A stretch of 64,000 nucleotides of DNA, taken from a virus. The notes below the pieces were generated by a model, which did no database searches, was not told the origin of the DNA, and saw only the letters and a program-made list of their open reading frames with translations. Positions 1-9,257 of this stretch are shown here, one piece after another. A program made the translations under genes and the position numbers. Positions within the stretch are counted from its first letter, which is position 1. Each line of letters begins with the position of its first letter. The DNA lies in the IMG/VR virus record IMGVR_UViG_3300045988_073134; one strand, 5' to 3'.

Positions 1-2470
1 GTTCTGCCACTTGTTCTAATGTTGGAGTTGTATAAGTAGTTGATGTAGGATTTTGCCATACTAATTTATATCTTAACCATAAGTATTTATTTTCTGTTAC
101 AGCAGGCATACTCTCAACCCAATTACCACCAGTTTGTGTTGTGTTACTAGTAGATAGATACCATTGTGGAGTTGAGTTAGTTAATGATTGTCCTTTATCA
201 CCAGGTTTACCATTTGCTCCTTGTTCACCTTTTATCTTACTCCATGTGTACGTAGTAACAGACTCACTATCTTTATTGTTTGTATCAGTATAAACTCCTA
301 TATAAGCTCCAGGAGTTTCGCCTTTATTCGCAGTAAAAGTTTTACCTCCATCATCACTATATTTTATGTGTAGGTAATAAGTTTTACCGTCTGTACCATT
401 AGTTCCAGGTATACCTTGTTCACCTTGTTGACCTTCAAATCTACTCCATGTATAAGCTGTATAATCAGTGCTATCATTTGGATTATAATCAACATATGTA
501 CCTATATAAGTACTTGGAGTTTCACTCATTGGATTACCATTCGCATTGGCACTATATTTTATATGAAAATATGTTGTCTTACCATCTTTTCCTGGTGTTC
601 CTGGTGCACCATCTTTACCAGGTGTACCATCTTTTCCTGGTGTTCCAGGGATACCTTGCTCCCCTTGTTCACCTTGTAAACCTTGTAGTCCTTGTGGACC
701 CTGTTCACCTTGTGGACCTTGAATACCTTGTGAGCCTTGTTCACCTTTATCTCCTTTATCTCCCTTAGCACCTTGAATACATACTGGTGTTGAGTATGTT
801 ACACTACCATCACCTTGAGTGTATTTTATTCTTTGCCATATATATTTTCCACTTTCCCATTCAGGAGTAGTTTCTATCCAACTACCTCCAGTTTGAGTAG
901 TATTACTTGTAGATACATAGTACTGAGATACAGTCTTTGTTAATGTTCCGTTAAAACTAGTTTCTAATTTTCCTATTGCAGTTGTATGTTTATTTACAGT
1001 ATCTACAGTGCTATTATATTCATCTTTTAGTTGAGTAACAGTACCATCTGTCTTAGTGATAGTTGTATTACTAATTAACTGACTAATTTGACCTTGTGCT
1101 ATGCCTATATTAGTTGTATTGGTAGATACCTGCTCAATAACACTACTTAAATCTCCACCGATAGTAACATCTTTTATAGTTTCAACTGTCTTCTTAAGTT
1201 GGTTAAATGATACATCTAAAGTTTGGTCAGTATCACTAAATTTTATTTGACTTGCTTTTATAGTATTAGTGTTATTATTGATATTACTGATAACACTACT
1301 AATATCTAATTTACTACCACTTATATTGGCATTGTCTGCCACTTTACTATCAACTATTAATCCATCTTTTATAGCGTCACTTGATTGAATACCATTCTGA
1401 TTAATAAGTTGACCTTTACCAGTTTCATCATATAATACAAAAGTAAAATTACCTTTAGCATCTTTTCCTAGTTGAATACGTACATTACCTTTGCTATCTT
1501 TAAATTGTTGAAGATTACCTTGTAATAACATAGAGCCATCATCACTCTGAATATTTACATTGTTAGTATTAATTGTACCAGTATTGATTTTATTTGCACT
1601 TACAGTATCTATCATGGCATCTTTTATAAGTGCGTCTGCTATAGTGACTTTACCAGCAGTAAGATTTAATGATTGTATATTATCCATAGTAAGATGACCA
1701 CCAATTAAGGTTTGTATTTCTGCCACTGTAGCTTTTAAGTTTGTTATAGTGGCGTTAATGGCATCTAAATCACCGACTTTTAAGTTATCAATTTTAGCAT
1801 TTATAGCTGTAAAGTTATTTGTTGTAAGGTCTTTGAACTCACCATAATCTGCTTTTATCTTTTGTGCCTCTAACTCAACTACTTTTAATTTTGGAACGCT
1901 TTCTCCGTCTAATAATAGATTACCTTCATCATCTATATATAGCCATGGAGCCTTTCCATCTTTTGTAAGTGTTTCTAATAGTTCTTGTAAGTTTTGAGGA
2001 ATTTTCGTATCAGGGTCAGTTTCTAATACTTTAGTATCAGGGTCACCACATAAATCAGTTATTGTTTGTTTAGCAGTTTCCATATTGTTAGTGGCGTCTT
2101 GTAGTTCTGCACTCATCTCCTCTGTCATTTCTTCTGTACTTAATGCTTGTATTAATACAGAGACAATTCTATCCATGGCCTCGTTATAATCTTCTCCAGC
2201 CTGTTGAATATCTCCTATCTTAGCGTCCTCACATTCTTCATCTTCGATACCCTCAACTTGTACATCAATTCTATCTTGGTCATCTTCTACAGTGTCAGGT
2301 ACTTCATAATACGTATCATCTTCTGTAGTATCGTCAGAAGCAGCTACAGTAGCTACTTCTGATTCCTCTGCAAATTCTTCCATATCTTCATCTAATGTTG
2401 GCCATATAATCATCTCACCGTCATCATCGTATATCGGTCTATCAACGTGTTCTCGTCCATCATCCATCAT
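1..2470 (-). CDS. Tail fibre / receptor-binding protein with collagen-like Gly-X-Y tracts; the C-terminal end runs off the left window edge
   Basis: The minus frame is open from ATG 2470 (GGAGGG 6 nt upstream) to base 1. It has no stop codon, so it is absent from the ORF track. Hand translation starts [20 protein letters not shown]. An acidic N-terminus is followed by a long helical/repeat region and three Gly-X-Y tracts (581-775, 386-433, 191-229). These alternate with duplicated modules (GKT.Y.HIKYS...YTWS and [11 protein letters not shown]). Confidence 0.8.
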   Translation of the reverse strand, partial: MMDDGREHVDRPIYDDDGEMIIWPTLDEDMEEFAEESEVATVAASDDTTEDDTYYEVPDTVEDDQDRIDVQVEGIEDEECEDAKIGDIQQAGEDYNEAMDRIVSVLIQALSTEEMTEEMSAELQDATNNMETAKQTITDLCGDPDTKVLETDPDTKIPQNLQELLETLTKDGKAPWLYIDDEGNLLLDGESVPKLKVVELEAQKIKADYGEFKDLTTNNFTAINAKIDNLKVGDLDAINATITNLKATVAEIQTLIGGHLTMDNIQSLNLTAGKVTIADALIKDAMIDTVSANKINTGTINTNNVNIQSDDGSMLLQGNLQQFKDSKGNVRIQLGKDAKGNFTFVLYDETGKGQLINQNGIQSSDAIKDGLIVDSKVADNANISGSKLDISSVISNINNNTNTIKASQIKFSDTDQTLDVSFNQLKKTVETIKDVTIGGDLSSVIEQVSTNTTNIGIAQGQISQLISNTTITKTDGTVTQLKDEYNSTVDTVNKHTTAIGKLETSFNGTLTKTVSQYYVSTSNTTQTGGSWIETTPEWESGKYIWQRIKYTQGDGSVTYSTPVCIQGAKGDKGDKGEQGSQGIQGPQGEQGPQGLQGLQGEQGEQGIPGTPGKDGTPGKDGAPGTPGKDGKTTYFHIKYSANANGNPMSETPSTYIGTYVDYNPNDSTDYTAYTWSRFEGQQGEQGIPGTNGTDGKTYYLHIKYSDDGGKTFTANKGETPGAYIGVYTDTNNKDSESVTTYTWSKIKGEQGANGKPGDKGQSLTNSTPQWYLSTSNTTQTGGNWVESMPAVTENKYLWLRYKLVWQNPTSTTYTTPTLEQVAE
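581..775 (-). repeat. Collagen-like triplet repeat: 65 uninterrupted Gly-X-Y codons inside the tail fibre gene
   Basis: The reverse complement translates to [64 protein letters not shown]. Track ORFs 416-679, 448-768 and 559-771 are wrong-frame readings of this repeat. Confidence 0.9.
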
Positions 2471-2481
2471 GTAAATCCCTC

Positions 2482-5400
2482 CTATCCAATCATAAATCTA
2501 CCAACAAATAATATATTTTTACTTGATAAACTTTTTACTTTTACTTTTCTGAATACTCCGTTTGTCAATCCATTTGTACATTCAAGTGCCACAAAGTCGC
2601 CATCTTTGTCTTTTTCAACTACTATAGCTGTATGAGATATGGCCATAAATTCACCATTATTCTTACTGTCAGCGTCCATAAATATAATATCTCCAATGGC
2701 TAAATTTTTAAATGTTTCTAAGTCTGCCACGTCTACCACCCAGTTTTTCTGCACAAAATATTTTCCTATATTAGCTTCATTTCTAGTGCTTGGAATTGCC
2801 CAACTAATACTATTATTTCTATTATTATCAGCTTTCTTTTCGTTGCCATATGGAGATTTTTCATAAGTCCAACCAGTTAATACATAATTAAGAAAACAAC
2901 TATCATCTATTTGATATTTTCCGTTTACTTTCCACTTACTGATATTCTCAGCAGGATTCTTGAAGTCACAAGGTGTAGTAGAATTATAACTGAACTTACT
3001 ATTATTTTTATAATAACTATCAGCTATTTTAACTAGGTCTGAGGAATATTTAAAAAGAGGCTGTGCATAATTTGTGCCTTTTTTCTTAGCTCCAACACTT
3101 CCCAAATATGCCTTATCACTAATAGTAGTATCTGGGTTATAATAAACTGATACAATATAAGTAGTATTTTCTTTTGGTAATAATACCCCATTCTTACAAT
3201 CTACACCTTCCAAATACACGCTGTCAGGTTGTATTAATTTAAAACCTTTTGCAGCAGTGAAAACAATACGTGCATAGTAACTATCATTATAATTTGTTGA
3301 TGAAGTTGCTGGCACCCTAAATTGTAGTTTTGTTAGTGGTTTATTATAAGTGTACACTCTTTGGCTATCCAACATTTTATTACTAGTAGCACTGTCACTT
3401 TCCCATTCTGCTCCTTCACCAAAGTATAATATTTTCTTTTTATATTCCTTATAATATGTTTGTGTACTTGCTTTGTCCTTCATTCTATACCCGTCTGTAG
3501 TTAAGCTACTTAGCCAGTAATATTTATCAGTGGCATCACACATATCCTTTGGTTTTCTTAAGAATATTACGTATTTTGTTTTATTGCAGTAGTCTAACAT
3601 CATATTATTAAGTGAGTCTATCGCCTCGTTCATTTGTTTGTAGTTGCCGGACTGTGAACTTCTTAAACGAGCTTCTTCACATACAAATATAGGTTTCTTT
3701 GGATATTTCTTCAATAGTGCTTTTATAAGAGATTGATAGTCTTCCACAACGTTATCAACATTATCCCCAAGTGCAGGAACTCCGAAAGCTAACATGACAT
3801 GACTGACAGTCTTAGGATATGGTGTTTTATCAGTAACTCCATTGACAGTAATATTAGTAATAAGGTTTCCATTCTCTACAAAGTCTTTAGGAGCCGCGCT
3901 ATTAAGTCCTTTATAAGTAACTTCGTAAGTTGTTCCGTCATCATCATCTACTATGTCTTTTGGAGGAGTTGGTTTTGTAGCTGATTGATTTTTCACTTTT
4001 GCCTCTTTGTCTGCTCTTGCTAAATCCCAAGGTCTAAGTATTATACCATGTGTATACCAATGTGTCATACTACCTCTTGAGCTATATGTTATGCTCATGT
4101 CTTCATATCTTATCGCTCTTGGCCATTTATGACCTCCACTTGCATGAGCTATCATACGTTTACCCTTAACTTTTCCACAATACACAACTACGTGGTGAGT
4201 ACCGGCTTTGGCATATTTAGAATCACCACCTGGTTTTGATGCCCAATCAACAGTTACATTTGATGGAACTGTGGCATTACTTAACATTATTAAGTCTCCA
4301 GGTAATAGTTCGTCAATTGTTTTACTTGTTAATTTCTTTAATGTATACCCACTATATTTTGTAGCATATCTTACTAAAGAACCATAAGCACAATTGGCTC
4401 CACCATATTTTGCAGTTACACTTCTAAGTCCTGCATATAAGTAAGCACAACTACTAAGAGAACTACATACGTAGCAGTATGGGTTTTTAATACCGTGTAT
4501 AGTACCGCTTACTCTAAATCTTTTACTGTCGTCGTAAATACAAGCTCCACCATAATAAGTAGCTTTTTTATATTTTTGATGTAGGTCACAAATTTCACGT
4601 GCTTTATTTACTATTTTCTTTCTTACGTTCTCAGCAACCCCTTTTGTATTTGTAGTATTACCATCTATTTTCCATGTAGGAGCATTTTTAACACTGGCTG
4701 CTCTAGTCATAGAAGACTCAGTAGATACAGCAGTAGCTTCTGCACTCTTATTAGAAGTACCAGGTTTTACTGCTCCATACCCTCTTTTTTTACCTTTATC
4801 ATCAATACAATATGGTAATTGTCCGTCTACTACCTTATACCATCTTAAATAGTATTCTATATTTTTTGCTGTACCCGCATGTTTTGTAGATACATACCAT
4901 TCTCTACCACCAGCCCATGCGGCAGTACCTTTTTCCAATTCTTTAAAATATAAAGATTGTACTTTAGAACTTTGTACTGTATATCCATATTTATTAACCC
5001 ATGATAAGTTGTTCTTCATTGCAACATATCTACATATTAATAAATCACATCCATATAAACCAAAGTTATAGCCAACTAACGCTGCGAATATATTCCATTT
5101 AAAACGTTTTAGGGATTTTCTAAGTTCATTACAACCAAACATTACTTGATTAGCTACACCCTTATCCACTTTTATCCCATTAATAGTACGTGTGCCACAA
5201 CTTTTAGGTTTCATATTACTATAGCTTGGGGTAAAGTAGTCTTTACTGCCATCCATAAATTCTATAGTTTGCTTTTTATTAAAATATGCCGCACGTTCGC
5301 ATTGCATAAGTCCATATCCACCAGCACTTGATTTAGTAGCGTCATATGGATTGCCACTGGATTCTGCATATATCATAGCATAAACTAGCTGTGGGTCAAG

Positions 5401-7035
5401 TCCAAATTTTTTACTATAATGTTCTACCATAACATATATTTTCCATGTATTGGATTTACTTCTTAGATTTTTTAAATCACTATACTTATCACTCCATTTA
5501 CCTAAATCAAATTTAGCATAATAATCTACGGCTGCTTTGTACTGTTTTGCAGTTTTACTGCTATCCTCTTTCTTGTCTGGTTGTGGTTGTGTAGTAGGTG
5601 TTTTACCTTTTATTTCGCCACATTTATATTTAATACAGTCATGAATTCTACTATCACCTATCCATAGTCCATTATCTATTTTCTTTATGTTAATACTTCT
5701 ATAGTCTTCCGTATCTTCACTTATTTTGTCTGAGTCATCACCTGGTTTTATAGGGTCAGGCACTACTTTGTCTGTATATTGTTTAATAAGTTTGTCTATT
5801 AATTTCTTATCAATGCCTAGTTGATTTAGATAATTTCTAATAGCAAGTAAATCACTAGCAGTCAATTTTCCGTGTTTCTTAATTATATCTACAACATCAT
5901 TGACAATGTCATCTTTATTCAAAGACTTCATCTTACTACGTATTTGTTTGTAGTTTCCTAAAGTTATACTGTTTTTAGTTCTGTCAGTAAAACTGATTTC
6001 AAATTTTGTAATACGTGCTTCTAACTGAACTGGAGGATTAAATTTTCTACTAACAACATAGTTAGTATCACCAATATCAATTTCCTCATAATCTTGCTCA
6101 GTCATATATACTGGTATCTCATAACTGAATTTAGTTTTATTTAGTTCTTTTAATTTTGCATACCCTTCGTGTATCAATGTATATATATCTTCTGCATCAC
6201 TTTTATATTTCATCAATACATATTTACCACCATTATTCAACATCTCATGCGCTTTCTCATCAAATATATAGTTCTGACCAAGCGGTTTGTCGGTTGGGTC
6301 GCCTTGTTCTTTTTCCCACTTCACATCACTAATAGTAAGTCCATTTTTACCTACTGGAATAATACCGCTACAAAAGTTTGTAATATCTCCAGTACGTTTC
6401 ATACCATAACTATTTCTGTCACTCTCAAATCTTTTATATCTTTTAGTTCCTCTCTCACCATTCGCAAAGCAGTCTACAAAGAAGTTAAATTTACCTCTTT
6501 TTATGTCTACTGGAACTGTTCTAAATTGCCATTCACATTCATATAATATTGAAGTCGCATTCTGTATGACTGAATATACACTAGTAACTTCTGTAGTCTC
6601 TACTCTAAAGGCTTCCTCATCTAATGAAGGACTTACATAGCCAACTTTATAGTTAGTATCCATTAGTATAGTTTCCAATAATTTTGTCGCGTTTCCGTCT
6701 GCCACAAATTTATCCACATAACTATTATACAATTCAATACCAATAAACTCTGCATAAACTGTAATAGTCACATCATCTATGTGTTCAATACTAGAGGTTT
6801 TCTTAATCTGCATAAGTTTAAAATTATCTTGCCAATAAAATCCAATATAGTTACCTTCTAAAAATATTGGTTGGTCTTGATAACTTACTTTAAAGGAGGC
6901 AGTATAAGTCTCTGCCCCCGTTATAAGTTCACTAGTATAAGTGTCATCATATACTTTTATGCTATTGGTATTTGTGGTATTTATTAGTTTTAATAGTTTT
7001 TTCGTATTGTCAAATATATATAAGTTTTTAATCAT
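2482..7035 (-). CDS. Tail-associated lysin (Tal-like), 1517 aa, multi-domain: N-terminal tail-tip domain, SLT lytic transglycosylase and two NlpC/P60-like peptidase regions
   Basis: It sits directly after TMP and Dit. It has the SLT motif YAMIYAESSGNP...GGYGLMQ. One Cys/His peptidase signature is CYVCSSLSSCAY ... GTHHVVVYCG. A second, C-terminal one is DDSCFLNYVLTGW ... AISHTAIVVEKD. Confidence 0.8.
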   Translation of the reverse strand: MIKNLYIFDNTKKLLKLINTTNTNSIKVYDDTYTSELITGAETYTASFKVSYQDQPIFLEGNYIGFYWQDNFKLMQIKKTSSIEHIDDVTITVYAEFIGIELYNSYVDKFVADGNATKLLETILMDTNYKVGYVSPSLDEEAFRVETTEVTSVYSVIQNATSILYECEWQFRTVPVDIKRGKFNFFVDCFANGERGTKRYKRFESDRNSYGMKRTGDITNFCSGIIPVGKNGLTISDVKWEKEQGDPTDKPLGQNYIFDEKAHEMLNNGGKYVLMKYKSDAEDIYTLIHEGYAKLKELNKTKFSYEIPVYMTEQDYEEIDIGDTNYVVSRKFNPPVQLEARITKFEISFTDRTKNSITLGNYKQIRSKMKSLNKDDIVNDVVDIIKKHGKLTASDLLAIRNYLNQLGIDKKLIDKLIKQYTDKVVPDPIKPGDDSDKISEDTEDYRSINIKKIDNGLWIGDSRIHDCIKYKCGEIKGKTPTTQPQPDKKEDSSKTAKQYKAAVDYYAKFDLGKWSDKYSDLKNLRSKSNTWKIYVMVEHYSKKFGLDPQLVYAMIYAESSGNPYDATKSSAGGYGLMQCERAAYFNKKQTIEFMDGSKDYFTPSYSNMKPKSCGTRTINGIKVDKGVANQVMFGCNELRKSLKRFKWNIFAALVGYNFGLYGCDLLICRYVAMKNNLSWVNKYGYTVQSSKVQSLYFKELEKGTAAWAGGREWYVSTKHAGTAKNIEYYLRWYKVVDGQLPYCIDDKGKKRGYGAVKPGTSNKSAEATAVSTESSMTRAASVKNAPTWKIDGNTTNTKGVAENVRKKIVNKAREICDLHQKYKKATYYGGACIYDDSKRFRVSGTIHGIKNPYCYVCSSLSSCAYLYAGLRSVTAKYGGANCAYGSLVRYATKYSGYTLKKLTSKTIDELLPGDLIMLSNATVPSNVTVDWASKPGGDSKYAKAGTHHVVVYCGKVKGKRMIAHASGGHKWPRAIRYEDMSITYSSRGSMTHWYTHGIILRPWDLARADKEAKVKNQSATKPTPPKDIVDDDDGTTYEVTYKGLNSAAPKDFVENGNLITNITVNGVTDKTPYPKTVSHVMLAFGVPALGDNVDNVVEDYQSLIKALLKKYPKKPIFVCEEARLRSSQSGNYKQMNEAIDSLNNMMLDYCNKTKYVIFLRKPKDMCDATDKYYWLSSLTTDGYRMKDKASTQTYYKEYKKKILYFGEGAEWESDSATSNKMLDSQRVYTYNKPLTKLQFRVPATSSTNYNDSYYARIVFTAAKGFKLIQPDSVYLEGVDCKNGVLLPKENTTYIVSVYYNPDTTISDKAYLGSVGAKKKGTNYAQPLFKYSSDLVKIADSYYKNNSKFSYNSTTPCDFKNPAENISKWKVNGKYQIDDSCFLNYVLTGWTYEKSPYGNEKKADNNRNNSISWAIPSTRNEANIGKYFVQKNWVVDVADLETFKNLAIGDIIFMDADSKNNGEFMAISHTAIVVEKDKDGDFVALECTNGLTNGVFRKVKVKSLSSKNILFVGRFMIG

Positions 7036-7046
7036 TTAAATACCTC

Positions 7047-9257
7047 CTATTCACTAGTTAAATTTAAATTCTCAGCTGGAGTACTTCTATCTTCATCTAC
7101 TACTCCTAACCATTTTTCTCTTATCAATACACCTAGACTTGCAGATGTATCATCGCTAACTACTTGTAATGTTGTTTCACCTTCATCTACAGTAAAATAT
7201 GAACTACCAATATCTACTAAATCATTTCTCAACTCATTGTTTAAATAACAATCACCATTCTCAAAATCCAAGTCTAATTTATCTCCAGACTCAAAGTATT
7301 TTATATTAGAAATTTCTTCACTCTCAGGATTCAATTCATATACTTTTATATCACTAATACCTACTCCACAAGCATTTTCTAATTTATCTGCCATAGTTCC
7401 AATATATATTGCTAAGTAACTTAATGGTTCTGTAGAGTATTCACTACTACGCTTGTTATTAGCTGATACAGACTGAGTAAATGTTCCATCATCATTCTTT
7501 TGTACTTGAGCACTATATACATAGTTTTTACCAGTTTTCTTCCTAGTTAATGTAAAGTATGCGTTGGCATCATTCCAACTACCATATTTACCACTCATAT
7601 AATGATTAGTAACAATTTTACCATTATTATCAACAGTTTGGTCAGTTTTTTCCTTTGGCGTATCATTACTTGTTATCAATATAGATTTTTTACTAACACT
7701 TACTTCTGCTTGGTTATACTCAAAATATTGATTAATATCACCTAAATACAATCTAAATATCTGAGTACCGTTTATATCGAATCCATATACCTCAGCTATT
7801 CCTGTCTTGTGGTCTGCGTATGCAGGGTCATCACTATAATCAACACTATTATCCATTGCTGCCGCACCTTTAAGATTGTCTACATTTATATAACCAGTAT
7901 GTTTCTTACCATTCTTATCTTTCCAAGGTTTATATATTCTGTAGTAAGTTATTGTCTGAGAGGCACTATTAGAATCTTTTGGTTTATATGTATATGTTCT
8001 TTGTATTATTCTAAGTTTTGTGCCATATGGTATAGTACATTCTACTTTACTGCCAGGGTTAGGTTTCGTATATACTACACAACTACCGCCTGTTAGTGTT
8101 TTACTTGGAGTCAACCACATATTAGCTACTGTGAATTCCTTTACAACACTTTTAGAATTGTCTTTTACTTGTTTCTTTATATATTTTGCTGATACATAAT
8201 AGGTTTTAGTTTTGTATTTTATCTTTGCCCATCCATTCTGAATTGTTACATCGGTTAATTTAGTGCCTTTTGGAATAATCCCTTGAGATTTTCCCTTTGT
8301 ACTTGGTTGAGTTCTGTAATTAACTCCGTTGGCAGTTACTTCATAATAAGTAACTTTGCCACCTTCCACTACAGTTTCTTTGACTTTTTCTTGCTCACTC
8401 AAGACATTGTTAGGGTCTCCATTTTTACCACTTGACCTACATTGCATTCTCACCATTACTTTAAAATCATCAATATTTTTACTCAACGCAATACGTGCGC
8501 ACGCTCCTTTTATTTTCTCTGTACTGCTACTACCCAATTCACTAAGAATAAAACTATTACCACTTGATGAAATAGTAAAGGAACCACCTGTGCCACGGCC
8601 ACTGTTAATATTTGCGCCGCTTTGAATTAATGTACCTACACTTTCACAAGGGTTGTGTAGTATTAATGTCTGTTCCTTCTTTGTAGTGCTTAATTGTAGT
8701 TGTGGATAATCTCCTACCAATATTTTTTCTCCAGTCTTATTATTTTGAAGTTGAGCAAAATGAGCGTCTGCTCCAAAGCCTATACTTACATATGGTAGAG
8801 TTGCTAACTCACCATTGTTCTCAACTACCACAGTCTGTTGACCATCTTCGGCATTGTATGCCTGTACATTATCACTGTAACTATATGGTGTATGACATAT
8901 TAATTCTATGTCAGCGTACCCACTCATACTATTCTTTTTCTTTACTTTAAGTGCTCCTTTTAACATTCCATATATGGTGATATTCTCACAAAACTTTATT
9001 GGTACTTCTTGTTTTGTATTAAGAATATCATGAAGACATTGAACACGAGTCTTATATTCTTCCTCAGTATCACCTATTATCACAAGTGAGATAGGAATAG
9101 AGACAGGGTCATATTTGGCCCCGTCAAATATCTCACCGTCTCTACTAGATACATTAATAGTATCAATAGATTTTTCAGGTATATATGGTTTCTCTATACT
9201 AGTTACTATCGCTAAATCATTTATCTGAGTTCCATTAAAATTAAAATAATTATACAT
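7047..9257 (-). CDS. Distal tail protein (Dit), enlarged ('evolved') form with SH3b-like insertions
   Basis: It lies between the TMP and the Tal. The N-terminus MYNYFNFNGTQINDL...SSRDGEIFDG is Dit-like. Internal SH3b-like segments are GVNYRTQPSTKGKSQGIIPKGTKLTDVTIQNGWAKIKY and VVYTKPNPGSKVECTIPYGTKLRII. The start was moved to ATG 9257 (GAGGTGAGAGAG upstream). The track start at 9293 has no RBS. Confidence 0.75.
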   Translation of the reverse strand: MYNYFNFNGTQINDLAIVTSIEKPYIPEKSIDTINVSSRDGEIFDGAKYDPVSIPISLVIIGDTEEEYKTRVQCLHDILNTKQEVPIKFCENITIYGMLKGALKVKKKNSMSGYADIELICHTPYSYSDNVQAYNAEDGQQTVVVENNGELATLPYVSIGFGADAHFAQLQNNKTGEKILVGDYPQLQLSTTKKEQTLILHNPCESVGTLIQSGANINSGRGTGGSFTISSSGNSFILSELGSSSTEKIKGACARIALSKNIDDFKVMVRMQCRSSGKNGDPNNVLSEQEKVKETVVEGGKVTYYEVTANGVNYRTQPSTKGKSQGIIPKGTKLTDVTIQNGWAKIKYKTKTYYVSAKYIKKQVKDNSKSVVKEFTVANMWLTPSKTLTGGSCVVYTKPNPGSKVECTIPYGTKLRIIQRTYTYKPKDSNSASQTITYYRIYKPWKDKNGKKHTGYINVDNLKGAAAMDNSVDYSDDPAYADHKTGIAEVYGFDINGTQIFRLYLGDINQYFEYNQAEVSVSKKSILITSNDTPKEKTDQTVDNNGKIVTNHYMSGKYGSWNDANAYFTLTRKKTGKNYVYSAQVQKNDDGTFTQSVSANNKRSSEYSTEPLSYLAIYIGTMADKLENACGVGISDIKVYELNPESEEISNIKYFESGDKLDLDFENGDCYLNNELRNDLVDIGSSYFTVDEGETTLQVVSDDTSASLGVLIREKWLGVVDEDRSTPAENLNLTSE

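Noticed and set aside
416-771. Track ORFs 416-679(+), 448-768(+) and 559-771(-) inside the tail fibre gene.
   Set aside because: They are alternative-frame or antisense readings of the Gly-X-Y triplet repeat (periodic H/L/V/K-rich nonsense). The true frame is the open minus-strand frame that runs from 2470 to the window edge.
1-2470. A diversity-generating retroelement acting on the duplicated tail-fibre modules.
   Set aside because: No reverse transcriptase gene or template-repeat/variable-repeat pair with adenine-specific differences is visible anywhere in the window.
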